IMG/VR virus record: IMGVR_UViG_3300025732_000024
Span: 31,305-95,304 of that record
DNA: 64,000 nucleotides
Reading direction: 5' to 3' (one strand)
Origin: a virus
The notes under the pieces were generated by a model, which saw only the letters and a program-made list of their open reading frames with translations, did not search any database and had not been told where the DNA came from. Positions 1 through 9,787 of this stretch are shown piece after piece. The translations under genes and the position numbers were made by a program. Position 1 is the stretch's first letter, and each line of letters starts with the position of its first letter.

Positions 1-226
1 AAACAAAGCCGTTAGCCGTGGTGGTGGTGATGGTAGTATTTGTTGCTATCAGATTACAACCAGACACATTAAACGCAGTCGGGGTAATAGATGCGTGAGT
101 GAAAGGCAGAAAATACGATTCTTCTACACTTGTGTCCACTTCTACCGCAGTGCCAGCGTTAATTACTGCGTTAGTTGAGTTGGTAGTAACGGACTTAGGG
201 CGGTTAAAATCTAGTGTGATTGGCAT
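1..226 (-). CDS. Partial virion protein, probably tail tube/major tail protein (runs off the window edge)
   Basis: ATG at 226 opens MPITLDFNRPKSVTTNSTNAVINAGTAVEVDT... with no stop before base 1; Thr/Asn-rich; follows tail-completion-like genes. Confidence 0.5.
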   Translation of the reverse strand, partial: MPITLDFNRPKSVTTNSTNAVINAGTAVEVDTSVEESYFLPFTHASITPTAFNVSGCNLIATNTTITTTTANGFV

Positions 227-230
227 AGTT

Positions 231-599
231 TTAAATAACAATAGGGTCAAAAATGAGGATTCTACTTTGTTCCAAGGTGTCAGATGCAGCCGGAAGGTGG
301 GTATAGCGAGACACATTAAAACGTTTTTCAATCTTGGCAAGGGCTAAGGGTAAATTAGAGTTTTTTGCCCAATTCCTCAAAGTCACCTCCCACAACTGCG
401 GTTTATACTTATACCCGGCACTGGTAGCACGAGCCACGGTATCAGGTGTTTCCTTAATCAAGCACTCCAGTCCATTACTAGAGGATGGTGGTTGTGAGGA
501 GCTACCGTATACCCACACAGAGGGTGTACCGTTGGTATAAGTACCTAACTCAGTCGCCAACAAAGCCGTTAAAATTCTTCTTAAATCAGCTACCTTCAT
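231..599 (-). CDS. Putative tail terminator/completion protein
   Basis: 122 aa; position after head-tail genes. Confidence 0.45.
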   Translation of the reverse strand: MKVADLRRILTALLATELGTYTNGTPSVWVYGSSSQPPSSSNGLECLIKETPDTVARATSAGYKYKPQLWEVTLRNWAKNSNLPLALAKIEKRFNVSRYTHLPAASDTLEQSRILIFDPIVI

Positions 600-981
600 A
601 CTGCACCTGATAAGAGTTTTTCAACGCACCTGTATCAACGATATCTCTAGGAGAATCAACAACAGCACCACTTTTTCTAACAGTAGTGCGCGGCCATTGC
701 CACCTAGTATCGCTAATATTTGATTGACAATTTTCCCCAAACCCTTCGGACATTTCTAGGAACGCCTGCTTGAAGTTATGGGACTGGGAAAAACTGTCAG
801 CATATTTATTTAAAAAATCATATTCTTTGATAGCAACATCTACCCAGGGTCTGGCAGGTTTTTCGCTGCCATTAACAGAGGTAGAGCCTTCGTGAACAGC
901 AGCCGCATAGGGTGTATTCCAGGAATGAATAGCCTTGAGTTTTTTAGGAATATTCAATTTAATCCAATTAGCTTCTACCAT
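586..981 (-). CDS. HK97 gp10-like tail/neck component
   Basis: Motifs NTPYAAAVHEG, ARPW, VDTGALKNS. Confidence 0.6.
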   Translation of the reverse strand: MVEANWIKLNIPKKLKAIHSWNTPYAAAVHEGSTSVNGSEKPARPWVDVAIKEYDFLNKYADSFSQSHNFKQAFLEMSEGFGENCQSNISDTRWQWPRTTVRKSGAVVDSPRDIVDTGALKNSYQVQYEGS

Positions 982-985
982 TTGT

Positions 986-1411
986 TTACACCTTACTTGC
1001 TATCGTTAGAGTGCCTTTAATAAGTTTATTTCTAACATTTAGATAACTAGAAACTCTATTTTGAACCACTGGAGTGAATCGCCATACTCCTGTTATTTGC
1101 GCTCCTTGAGAGTCGGTCAAAACCGCATTAGCTATAGACTCGTAACCTATACCTGATGGTAAGTTTGACGTTAATCTACCCTTGAGTCGCATTACCTGTT
1201 GTCCAATTTCCGCTACTTCTGGAATAAGCCTAGACTGAGAATCATCACTCACCGTAGCGGTAACAATAACAGTAGTCACGTTCTCAATTAAATTACCTAC
1301 AGCATCCTCAATAAACTGACCGTTTCCAGATTTAAAGGATAAACTTAAATTAGCCGCAAAATGTGGCTTATTTAAGTAACCAATTGTCTGTGAAACATAG
1401 GAGTCAATCAT
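986..1411 (-). CDS. Putative head-closure protein (likely start MIDSYV at 1411)
   Basis: ORF track 986..1468; synteny with head-tail genes; start is inferred. Confidence 0.45.
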   Translation of the reverse strand: MIDSYVSQTIGYLNKPHFAANLSLSFKSGNGQFIEDAVGNLIENVTTVIVTATVSDDSQSRLIPEVAEIGQQVMRLKGRLTSNLPSGIGYESIANAVLTDSQGAQITGVWRFTPVVQNRVSSYLNVRNKLIKGTLTIASKV

Positions 1412-1823
1412 GATTTTATTCAGTAATTTTATTGCCAAATTTCCAGAATTTACAAACGAACAAACCAAGTTTAATTTATTTATGCCTGATGTTGAATCAG
1501 AGATAAATATTTATAATTGGGGAACTTTGAGAAACACAGCGACGGAACTGTTATTAGCTCACAGAATCTCAATTACCAAACCCAGTCAAAACAGCGATTA
1601 CACAACAGGAACTTTGAGAATTTTAGAGGTAGAAGACGACTCCTACCGAGTAGAATTACAACCCTTATCTGACAACAACTACGCTTTAAGTAAGTATGGA
1701 TTGGAATACCAAAGACTACTAAAGATAGTCACCCATTCCAGTGATGAAAAATCATCTTTTACAAAAGGAACTTCCATCACCGGAACGACAGGAGCTAGTA
1801 AAATCAAGTGGTCGCAGCATTAA
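1410..1823 (+). CDS. DUF4054-like head-tail adaptor, inverted relative to neighbours
   Basis: FxxKFPEF, LLLAH and YALSKYGLEYQRL motifs. Confidence 0.65.
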   Translation: MILFSNFIAKFPEFTNEQTKFNLFMPDVESEINIYNWGTLRNTATELLLAHRISITKPSQNSDYTTGTLRILEVEDDSYRVELQPLSDNNYALSKYGLEYQRLLKIVTHSSDEKSSFTKGTSITGTTGASKIKWSQH

Positions 1824-2977
1824 ACATCCACTTTTCTAGCACCAATAAACCGAGGATCAGGTACTAATGGAAATCCACGGCCAGCTACAGTAATTTTTTC
1901 CTGGGGTGGCTCTTTACTGACTATTTCAGTAGTTGTAACTAGACCACCTGCGAAATTATTAGAAGCAGTAGGTACAATCGCTCGCTCGATGAAATTGTCA
2001 GTAGCAAAGAAATAGTAGTTTGCCGGAATATAAGAAAGGGTTTGTGTGCCTGTAACATTTGCGCCGCGCTGATAGTAGAACGCATCAGACACAATGATTT
2101 GCACAGTGCCATATTGCCCACCACCTGCGATAACACGCTGGTTGATAGCATCACTTACAGCCTCTAAAGAAGGCGGAGGCAATTGCCCAATGGCAGCCGC
2201 GTCAGGTGTTCCTACTTCCATCAATACGCCTGTATTACGTGCAACAATCGCTTTTGTGCTACTTTGATTACGTAAGTCATTAGCTGTCTTACGGGACATA
2301 ACAATAAAAGGCGGGAACTTCTTCAAGTTGTCGTAATAAGCATTCATGTGACCAACAATATCGTTGATACCGGTAGCGTTTGCCCAGTTCGACCATACGG
2401 ATGTACCTGTGAGTGCAGATGGTAGGTTGCCGTTTGGTATTTGACTGGCATAACTCAAGTTAGCTGTAATACCAGAGGTGGGGTCTGCATAGTTGCAAAT
2501 ACCCGTACAAGCCACCTGCAACGACATAACTGTATGCAAGTTGATTAATGATTGTGTCAACATCGCAGGAACAGCTAGGAACATATTCCTGATTGCTTCG
2601 GCTGCTTGACCATTGCCACTCATGGCTAGTTGCTCCGCTTGACGAGCAACAATGAAGTCCTCTTCAGTAATTAGCCGTGATTTAGCAAGTTTAAAGTTAC
2701 CAAAAGTCTCCTGAGTAACTGTCAATCGCTCGCTATCCTGGGGAATATCACCATCAGTTGCCACGACGTACCCCACGGTAGGAGTGTAAGAGCGCATTTT
2801 TAGCAACGCCAGAATAGGGTCTGAATACTGCACAAAAGGCAAGAATCTATTCAAAGCGGGGTCAGGATAACCATCTCTGTAGACTTCCCCCGTACTAGAC
2901 ACTGTAGACAGTTGCAAGTCAATAGCACGCTGCACTACACCGGGTTGATTGTTGACTAATTCGATAATAGAAGGCAT
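1820..2977 (-). CDS. Major capsid protein (lambda gpE-like)
   Basis: 385 aa; follows protease and decoration genes; C-terminal KEPPQEKITVAGRGFP. Confidence 0.75.
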   Translation of the reverse strand: MPSIIELVNNQPGVVQRAIDLQLSTVSSTGEVYRDGYPDPALNRFLPFVQYSDPILALLKMRSYTPTVGYVVATDGDIPQDSERLTVTQETFGNFKLAKSRLITEEDFIVARQAEQLAMSGNGQAAEAIRNMFLAVPAMLTQSLINLHTVMSLQVACTGICNYADPTSGITANLSYASQIPNGNLPSALTGTSVWSNWANATGINDIVGHMNAYYDNLKKFPPFIVMSRKTANDLRNQSSTKAIVARNTGVLMEVGTPDAAAIGQLPPPSLEAVSDAINQRVIAGGGQYGTVQIIVSDAFYYQRGANVTGTQTLSYIPANYYFFATDNFIERAIVPTASNNFAGGLVTTTEIVSKEPPQEKITVAGRGFPLVPDPRFIGARKVDV

Positions 2978-2988
2978 CTAATCACCAC

Positions 2989-3921
2989 CTAAACTAAATT
3001 AATTTGTGGATACAACGCTGTTAACTGACCATCAATGTAGGGAAGACGGCTTAGATATACGTCTGTATCCACATATAGTCCGTAGTTCTGACTTTCTCTG
3101 TATAGCAAATCAATTGCTAAAGCAGGGGAAAGCATACCTAAATTATCAGGCAAGCTTGTTGCCACGCCTAAAGGCATACCCAAAGGCACGGATACAGCAG
3201 CCGCACCGATTGTTACAACATCAGTGGCGGTATTTACGGCGGATATAGTCCCCACGGTGGTGTTAGGAGCAAGGTTGGCAGCTGACGCGGTGGCTGTTCC
3301 GTTGGTAGCTGTATCAGCAACGGTTAAACTATACAGACTGGTAAAGTCCTTAGCCCACAGAACTATATCTGTACTAGTTCCAGAACCAGCCACGGCTAAA
3401 CCACTTACAAGCTTAGACAAGTATGGATTAGCGTTAATAGCAGCAATAATTTTATTTGCTACGTTTAAGTTAGTAGCGGTCAAAGATGCGCCAACATCGC
3501 CAGACACCACGGTATAAACCAACGCCTGACCATTAATAGTAACGGTGACAGTATCACCCGCAGCCCAGCCACCACTAGCAGATGCAACGTTTACCCGTGC
3601 AGATGGTGGGATGATTGAAAGCACATCACCAACAACAAAAATACCAGCAGTTCCAGGCTTAAAAGTAACACTTGTACCACTAGCAGCCGTAGCAGCAACC
3701 GTAGTCATCCGTGGTAGAATCCGAGCCTTTGCAGAACCAGGAATGCTACCAGCAAAAAAACCAGGGGCGAATATTTTGACAAGCTTTCTAATAGCTCCTT
3801 CTTTCCCGGTGGCATAATCAGAATCTAGTGATTGGTATCGAGTTGCGATCGCTTCAGACCTTGCCAAAACAGGTAAAAAACCTGACAACTCATCATCGTA
3901 AACATAGGTTTCATGTCTCAT
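2989..3921 (-). CDS. Head decoration protein with Ala/Thr/Gly-rich insertion
   Basis: Lies between protease and capsid genes; composition. Confidence 0.6.
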   Translation of the reverse strand: MRHETYVYDDELSGFLPVLARSEAIATRYQSLDSDYATGKEGAIRKLVKIFAPGFFAGSIPGSAKARILPRMTTVAATAASGTSVTFKPGTAGIFVVGDVLSIIPPSARVNVASASGGWAAGDTVTVTINGQALVYTVVSGDVGASLTATNLNVANKIIAAINANPYLSKLVSGLAVAGSGTSTDIVLWAKDFTSLYSLTVADTATNGTATASAANLAPNTTVGTISAVNTATDVVTIGAAAVSVPLGMPLGVATSLPDNLGMLSPALAIDLLYRESQNYGLYVDTDVYLSRLPYIDGQLTALYPQINLV

Positions 3922-3932
3922 TATTTATCCCC

Positions 3933-5072
3933 TTACATAAAGATGGGTGATTGATTTAAAGTCTTGAGCAGTTCCGCCGCGTGAGATTCAACCTCTTTAG
4001 AGTCAGGCTGTGAAGGGTTCACAACAGGTTCTTTAATTGATTGCTCCAAGTTAATAAGAGGCTTTGCTCTTTTTTCAATCAATTCCAAGTGAAACTCAAT
4101 GTGTCCAAGTTTGTCCGATTGGGACTTAGTGTGAAAAGCGATATCTTCACTAGGAACAGCAGAAAATAGCTCATTAAATTCACTATTTGATAACTTAGCT
4201 TCAGATACTAAATCTTCTGCTTTCTGGCGTAAATCATAATAGCGACTAGCAACTATTTCTTTCTTTTCAAAGTTAGCGATTAGAGCAGATTTTTCAGTTA
4301 ATGCTGACTCCAGATGCTTAACCTGACCAGCTAATTTGTCGTTTTCAGAAGTGAGGATTTGCTGCTTGCTAAGAGCATCAGACAAAGCAGTTTTAGCAGA
4401 TGCTAATTCTACTTCCAGGGTTTTATTGTCTAATTCATTCATACTATTTGTTGGTGAATTAAGGTAAAAATTGGGATTACCATTGATAGCTACATTTTTC
4501 AATTCCACAAAAGATTTACCATAACCGACACTAGGATCTGCGGGTATATCCTCAGAGGAAATTTCAAATAAAACTATCTTTGTAGCCTCTAACAAAGCCT
4601 TTTTTGTTAGCTCCCTATAACCATCGTTATCAGAATATTCAGCAGGTGTAACTACTCGATATTCCTCAACTGAATAACCAAAGCTAATACCGCCAGATGT
4701 CCCGTCCTCAATATCAGACATGAACTGATCTGCCAGGGCATTTTTAGATAACTTAGCCATAGCAAAACCCTTTTCGCCGTCCAAAATCACATTCTTGATA
4801 ATGCCGATTTTCTGACCGCGAGTATGATTTTTTAAGAATGGACAAGTACCACTAGCCACCCTAGACAAATCCCAGGCATTAGGGTCATGGGATAAATACT
4901 CATCAAATACCACACTAGCTCCGTCGGGAAGCTCAGATAAATAACCGTATCTTTCACAGATATTCCCCTTAGAGGAAAAGGAAAAACCAACGGTTCTTTC
5001 CTCTCGGTTCAACTGTAAATCCGTAGACAGAAACTTGGTTAATATAGTTTTATTTTTGATTGCTGTGGGCAT
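3933..5072 (-). CDS. HK97-type prohead protease fused to coiled-coil scaffold
   Basis: PFLKNH, GISFGY and EISS motifs; C-terminal coiled coil. Confidence 0.8.
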   Translation of the reverse strand: MPTAIKNKTILTKFLSTDLQLNREERTVGFSFSSKGNICERYGYLSELPDGASVVFDEYLSHDPNAWDLSRVASGTCPFLKNHTRGQKIGIIKNVILDGEKGFAMAKLSKNALADQFMSDIEDGTSGGISFGYSVEEYRVVTPAEYSDNDGYRELTKKALLEATKIVLFEISSEDIPADPSVGYGKSFVELKNVAINGNPNFYLNSPTNSMNELDNKTLEVELASAKTALSDALSKQQILTSENDKLAGQVKHLESALTEKSALIANFEKKEIVASRYYDLRQKAEDLVSEAKLSNSEFNELFSAVPSEDIAFHTKSQSDKLGHIEFHLELIEKRAKPLINLEQSIKEPVVNPSQPDSKEVESHAAELLKTLNQSPIFM

Positions 5073-5133
5073 GAATAAAACTTCAATTTAAACTATCAAC
5101 ATTTTAGCAATAGCCATTTATAATATAATTAGA

Positions 5134-5166
5134 TAATCAATGGAAGTCGCACATAGTAGCGATTTT
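5134..5166 (+). other. Protospacer for CRISPR array 1 spacer 40193-40225, in the divergent intergenic region
   Basis: TAATCAATGGAAGTCGCACATAGTAGCGATTTT is the exact reverse complement of 40193-40225; 5' flank TTAGA. Confidence 0.97.
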
Positions 5167-5217
5167 CACCAATATTAATGTATAATATTAAAAATAATTT
5201 ACGCTATAAATAAACCA

Positions 5218-5475
5218 GTGATTGACCATCCTAACTCTTACGAAAATCTCACAACAGAGGAAAAAATAGGAATCCTTATTTTTATCTGTAGAGAATCAAA
5301 AAACATTTCCAGAAAGCAATTAGCATCTAAAACAGGAAAGACTGTAGAGGTTGTCAGTGCTATTGAAAACCTGTTTCAACATCGAGAAGGCAAAAGGCAA
5401 TCAATAACCTATGGTGAGATAGAAATGATTGCCCAAGCGTTAGAAGTTCCCATATCCCATATACTCCCTAAATAG
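5218..5475 (+). CDS. XRE-family HTH regulator
   Basis: ISRKQLASKTG...SAIEN...IAQALEVPI pattern; TATAAT at 5181-5186. Confidence 0.8.
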   Translation: MIDHPNSYENLTTEEKIGILIFICRESKNISRKQLASKTGKTVEVVSAIENLFQHREGKRQSITYGEIEMIAQALEVPISHILPK

Positions 5476-5477
5476 TT

Positions 5478-5807
5478 ATGCCAGCCACAGCACCAAGTTC
5501 TCTAAAACTAAGCTGGGAAAATGCCCTCAGTTTTGAATCATCCTTAGTCGCTCAGAACTACTACGGTGGTGTAGACGAGAAAGGCAATAGAAATCAGATT
5601 AATCAAGTGACTCAAACTCAAACACTATCCCTAGTCGTTCCCACCTTTGCAGATTACACGGAGATAGATACATTTCTGTTAGCCAATCTAGGCAAACCAT
5701 TCTATTTTGGCAACGTCTTATATCTCTGTGAATCGTTTAAATGGACTTGTCAAAACATGGAAGTTTTCAGTTTAGACCTTAGTCTAGTACAGGTTTTCCG
5801 TCCATAA
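5478..5807 (+). CDS. Putative lambda gpM-like minor tail protein
   Basis: 109 aa; IDTFL...GKPFYF...YLCESF...LVQVF pattern. Confidence 0.5.
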   Translation: MPATAPSSLKLSWENALSFESSLVAQNYYGGVDEKGNRNQINQVTQTQTLSLVVPTFADYTEIDTFLLANLGKPFYFGNVLYLCESFKWTCQNMEVFSLDLSLVQVFRP

Positions 5808-5845
5808 CCATGTAACACAAGCATCCTGCTTGTACTAACAACAAA

Positions 5846-6763
5846 TCAAAACAGCGATAACTGATGACTACCCGGTTCAACATCCTCTAATACTTTTTCT
5901 GTCTCCTCTACATTTAATCCACTATCAATCAGAGGAGTATTTAAGCGTTTGTGGATAATATCAATGTATTCTTTTTCTTTCTCAATGCAGATATAGTTTC
6001 TATTGAGTTCTTTACAAGCTAGTGCTGTTGTACCACTGCCAGCAAAGGGGTCAAGCACTGTACCACCTTCAGGGGTAAGCATTTCCACTAATCTTTTCAT
6101 TACTTCCAATGGTTTTCCCGTGGGGTGGCAAACCATGTTTTTGTTGCCTTGATATTTTAAGCGTTCACTTTGCGTTGGTGGCAAAAAAGACCACACATTT
6201 GTATAGTTCGCAAGTCCTGGACTTCTATCCCCTCCACCACTAAATCTTTTATATTCTGGCAATCTTGATGAAGCTCGAGTGTGATGATTGTAATCATCAC
6301 CTTTAATAAGTTTTAATCTGAGATCCTTTATGTGCCTATCAATTCCTTCAAGTGTGGCAACATCCACTAAAACACCCGGAAGTTTAACATCTTCATATTT
6401 TCCTTTAGTTTGGTAAAATTTTTTATTTTTTAATGTATATACAATAATAGATTCATGTGATCTCTGAAGCCTTGGTGATGGTACGCAAACTCTCTTAATC
6501 CATGAAATATGCTCACAATAATGTAGGTTTTCATTATTAGCTGAATTAATCCAATCAACCATAGTTGGCATTTGCCCAAAGAACGCATAAAAGTCATTTG
6601 TGACTCGTTTTACTTCCTTGGTAAACAGCGGAATATTAACAACATTATCCCATTTGGCAAGTCCAATACCATACGGCGGATCTGTAATTACAGCATCAAT
6701 AGACCTGTCAGGAATATCTTTTAAAACCTCAAAACAATCACCATGAATTACCTGATTAATCAT
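5846..6763 (-). CDS. N6A/N4C DNA methyltransferase, beta class
   Basis: DPPY, HPTGKP, LDPFAGSGTT. Confidence 0.92.
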   Translation of the reverse strand: MINQVIHGDCFEVLKDIPDRSIDAVITDPPYGIGLAKWDNVVNIPLFTKEVKRVTNDFYAFFGQMPTMVDWINSANNENLHYCEHISWIKRVCVPSPRLQRSHESIIVYTLKNKKFYQTKGKYEDVKLPGVLVDVATLEGIDRHIKDLRLKLIKGDDYNHHTRASSRLPEYKRFSGGGDRSPGLANYTNVWSFLPPTQSERLKYQGNKNMVCHPTGKPLEVMKRLVEMLTPEGGTVLDPFAGSGTTALACKELNRNYICIEKEKEYIDIIHKRLNTPLIDSGLNVEETEKVLEDVEPGSHQLSLF

Positions 6764-6822
6764 AAGTAATAAGCAAAACTATATTTCATGGTAACATTTT
6801 CACCTTACGTAACACAGCCAAC

Positions 6823-8301
6823 CTAACCAAAAGGATTGTAAATTTTCCCACCCACAAAACTACTACGGGGCGTGGAGTCCTGTAACTCACCAAAAGCACC
6901 ATCGGTGCTATCCACAATGTCATTAGTTAGCGGCTTCTTGCTCCCATCAAATTCATGTAAAGCCGCCAAAAACTGGTCGTTCCAAGCACCTCTAAATAAC
7001 TTAACTTTTCCATCTTTAGCAGCTACAGCTAAAGGCATGGCACGGGTAACTTTATCTCCCAATGGCTTAACACCCTTAGCATCGTAACCTACCAACTGGC
7101 GTTTAAGTGCCGACTCATACCGCTTACCAGCACTACCACCCTCTAGCTCCCACCGCACCTTGCAAGATGCCCCATCTTGTTGTGCTATCCGTAATACTGA
7201 GTTATCCCCATCGTCTGCTGATACCTGCTCCCAATAGCAATCAAGCACATAGTAGATGCCTTCATAAAACTTGATTTTAGTCCGTACACTATAGAAACTA
7301 CTCTTGGATGCGGTAGCTGAAGATGTGGCCGCAAAGTCCCAAAATGCCACAGTTTGACCACCACTGGGAACAGCGTTAACGACTTCAAACCAATGGCGAT
7401 TGAAAATAGTTCCCGACTCATATTTAATCTTCCAGTTTCCTTTAAGTAGTCGCTCCATCTCCACAGGATGCAACGATAAAAGATTCTGGAGATATTGGGG
7501 ATTTGATTCCAATAAATGGGGATTATCGTAGACAGTCCCCTTGATAAAAGTAAAGCTTTTCGGCGGTGCAATTGCAGCCATATCAGGAAACTTATCCATT
7601 AATTCCTGCTCCGAATCACCCCAGTGCATCTCACTATTTATTCTGTAAAAATATCTCAAAACTCCAGACCGTTCCTCAATGGGATAACCAGTATCCTGGT
7701 TGATATACCAATTAATTAATTTAGCTACCCATGAGTCAGCGTCAGGGTTACAGGTTGCATCTATGCGCGGTCTCACTCCACAAGTTGACCTATTTCTGGA
7801 GAATAAAAACCAAAATTGACGCTCGGTAAATTTAGTCAACTCATCAAAGCCAAGATGACAAATCTGTGAACCGGGATACTTGTCCTCCACATCTTTTTCG
7901 TATTGGGCGTGCCCAAAACTAATTGCACTACCAGTAGGAAAATTCCAGTCCAATTGATATTCCCTAGACTGGGCATTAGGGATTAATTTATATAAATTTC
8001 TAGACTCATCCCACAAACCACCTTCATTAGTTATTTCTGGTCGAGTCCGCCGCAAAATCACCGAACCATATCCAGGAACTTCCAAATGTTTAGCCGCTTT
8101 TAAAAGCATGGAATAAGACTTCCCGCTTCCGGCTGCTCCTCCATATATGCACACATCAGCAGGAGTATTGTAAAAAAGTTCTTGCGCTCCTGGTGATGGT
8201 GCAGGCAAATCTACCACAAACTCAGTTAAATCAACGACATCTCTTGAAGCTTCTTTAATTTTATGTTTATTTCTAGGATTAAGTTGCCCAAACTTTATCA
8301 T
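6823..8301 (-). CDS. terL: Terminase large subunit (likely start MIKFGQ at 8301)
   Basis: Walker A GGAAGSGKS, Walker B GFDE, TCNP, nuclease WDFA and NDIVDS. Confidence 0.92.
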   Translation of the reverse strand: MIKFGQLNPRNKHKIKEASRDVVDLTEFVVDLPAPSPGAQELFYNTPADVCIYGGAAGSGKSYSMLLKAAKHLEVPGYGSVILRRTRPEITNEGGLWDESRNLYKLIPNAQSREYQLDWNFPTGSAISFGHAQYEKDVEDKYPGSQICHLGFDELTKFTERQFWFLFSRNRSTCGVRPRIDATCNPDADSWVAKLINWYINQDTGYPIEERSGVLRYFYRINSEMHWGDSEQELMDKFPDMAAIAPPKSFTFIKGTVYDNPHLLESNPQYLQNLLSLHPVEMERLLKGNWKIKYESGTIFNRHWFEVVNAVPSGGQTVAFWDFAATSSATASKSSFYSVRTKIKFYEGIYYVLDCYWEQVSADDGDNSVLRIAQQDGASCKVRWELEGGSAGKRYESALKRQLVGYDAKGVKPLGDKVTRAMPLAVAAKDGKVKLFRGAWNDQFLAALHEFDGSKKPLTNDIVDSTDGAFGELQDSTPRSSFVGGKIYNPFG

Positions 8302-8412
8302 TATATTTATGTTTATTTTATTAACCAAGTTTAATATAAAATCATTGCATTTATTCTGACAAATTAAACGCAAGGATGCAATAATATTATTAGATAATAA
8401 CGACTTTCAACG

Positions 8413-9147
8413 ATGCAATTAATCAAAGATTCTCGTTTTCAGGTAGTAATTGATAAAGATGCGAGTTCCCCAAATCCCCAAGTCGCTATATGGAAAGGAC
8501 AACATAGATGTGTTGCTGAAAAGTTCCTTCCCGATGATGAAACACCTTCGCCAGAGAAGTGCGGAGAAACCATCATCAAGCACCAATTAGCGGGCGATAG
8601 AGGGCATTATTCAGTTTTAAGGAAAGCTTTTATTAGCTTCCATTGCATAGGCTTTCCCCATAGCGTTGTCAGCCAAATTACCAGGCATCAAGACTCATCT
8701 TTCCTGGTTCAATCAATGCGATATACAGGAAAAAGAATAGTTGATTGTGCTAATTTGGATATCCCTGTTGAAGATGTATTTTATTTTCGTCCAATAGGAA
8801 ATTATAGCGATCGCCAGGGTAGCAAGTACGAATATACTAATCCCGACTTAATGGACGACAAAGCCGCGTCTTATCGGTCAGCAGTCTTGTATGGGGAAAA
8901 GATTGCTGACGGGCATTCAGAGGAACACGCCAGGGATTTGCTGACATACAACTTCCGTCAGGACTTCGACCTTGGTGGCGACCTACAGGCAATCTGGCAC
9001 TTGTTAGATCAGCGCACCAAGTCCGACTCTCAGATTGAGGTCAGAACACTAGCATGGATGATGCTAGATTGCCTCAAAGAATTTACCCCAGAACTTACAG
9101 AATGGTATCTGGAGAATAGGGCAGGGAAAGCTAGGCTAGCACCGTGA
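8413..9147 (+). CDS. thyX: Flavin-dependent thymidylate synthase
   Basis: GHYSVL, QITRHQDSSFLVQSMRY, EHARDLL, SQIEVR. Confidence 0.93.
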   Translation: MQLIKDSRFQVVIDKDASSPNPQVAIWKGQHRCVAEKFLPDDETPSPEKCGETIIKHQLAGDRGHYSVLRKAFISFHCIGFPHSVVSQITRHQDSSFLVQSMRYTGKRIVDCANLDIPVEDVFYFRPIGNYSDRQGSKYEYTNPDLMDDKAASYRSAVLYGEKIADGHSEEHARDLLTYNFRQDFDLGGDLQAIWHLLDQRTKSDSQIEVRTLAWMMLDCLKEFTPELTEWYLENRAGKARLAP

Positions 9148-9160
9148 GGATACGTACGGC

Positions 9161-9196
9161 AAAGCCCGCTACTCGTGAGATTAAGTAGCGGGCTTT
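9161..9196. terminator. Bidirectional intrinsic terminator
   Basis: AAAGCCCGCTACT...AGTAGCGGGCTTT between convergent genes. Confidence 0.75.
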
Positions 9197-9212
9197 ATGC
9201 TATTTGGTTGCA

Positions 9213-9698
9213 TTAAATTGTCACAATCCATCCGCAGGTGCGGACTCCGTAGGGGAATCCGTCAACGTCGACGGGGTTGGATTGACCGACTACGAACTCA
9301 AGCTCGATAGGTTTGCAGCCATTAGCCTTGGCTACAAACTTTACCTTAGACCCCACGGGAATTTCATATTCTGCGACACACCACTTGCCATGATTTCCTT
9401 TGTTGCCAACAAGTTCCCATTCGGGTTTTTCTAGAGGCTTCAAAGCCTCCCAGATGGGTTTGCCGTTTACGGTGACGGTTGCTGATCTCCACTCGGTTGT
9501 ATGGCTCTCTGAGCCAGTCTTCGTTTGTACTTTCATTGCTTTCATTTTGCATTCCTTCTTTGCCACTAGTTTGTCTAGTTCTCCTTCCAAGATAACAAGA
9601 CGGTCAACGAACCATTTAACACCCCTTTCAATTTCGCGTAGGCAAGCAGCGATTTGGTTTTTTACTGTACGGATTTGAAAAGAAAGTGTAGTAGCCAT
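9213..9698 (-). CDS. Hypothetical protein with shared N-terminal module
   Basis: QIAACLREIxRG...DRLVILE also in 9788..10225. Confidence 0.7.
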   Translation of the reverse strand: MATTLSFQIRTVKNQIAACLREIERGVKWFVDRLVILEGELDKLVAKKECKMKAMKVQTKTGSESHTTEWRSATVTVNGKPIWEALKPLEKPEWELVGNKGNHGKWCVAEYEIPVGSKVKFVAKANGCKPIELEFVVGQSNPVDVDGFPYGVRTCGWIVTI

Positions 9699-9787
9699 TG
9701 CCTTGTTTCCTTTGTGTTTTCTGTATATGAATAATATAGTCTATCCATTAACAATATGTCAACCTTTAGGATAAGCTATTTTTGATG

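Noticed and set aside
3006-3817. Plus-strand ORFs over the decoration gene and similar shadow ORFs elsewhere (e.g. 53218-53775)
   Set aside because: Antisense shadows of well-supported genes
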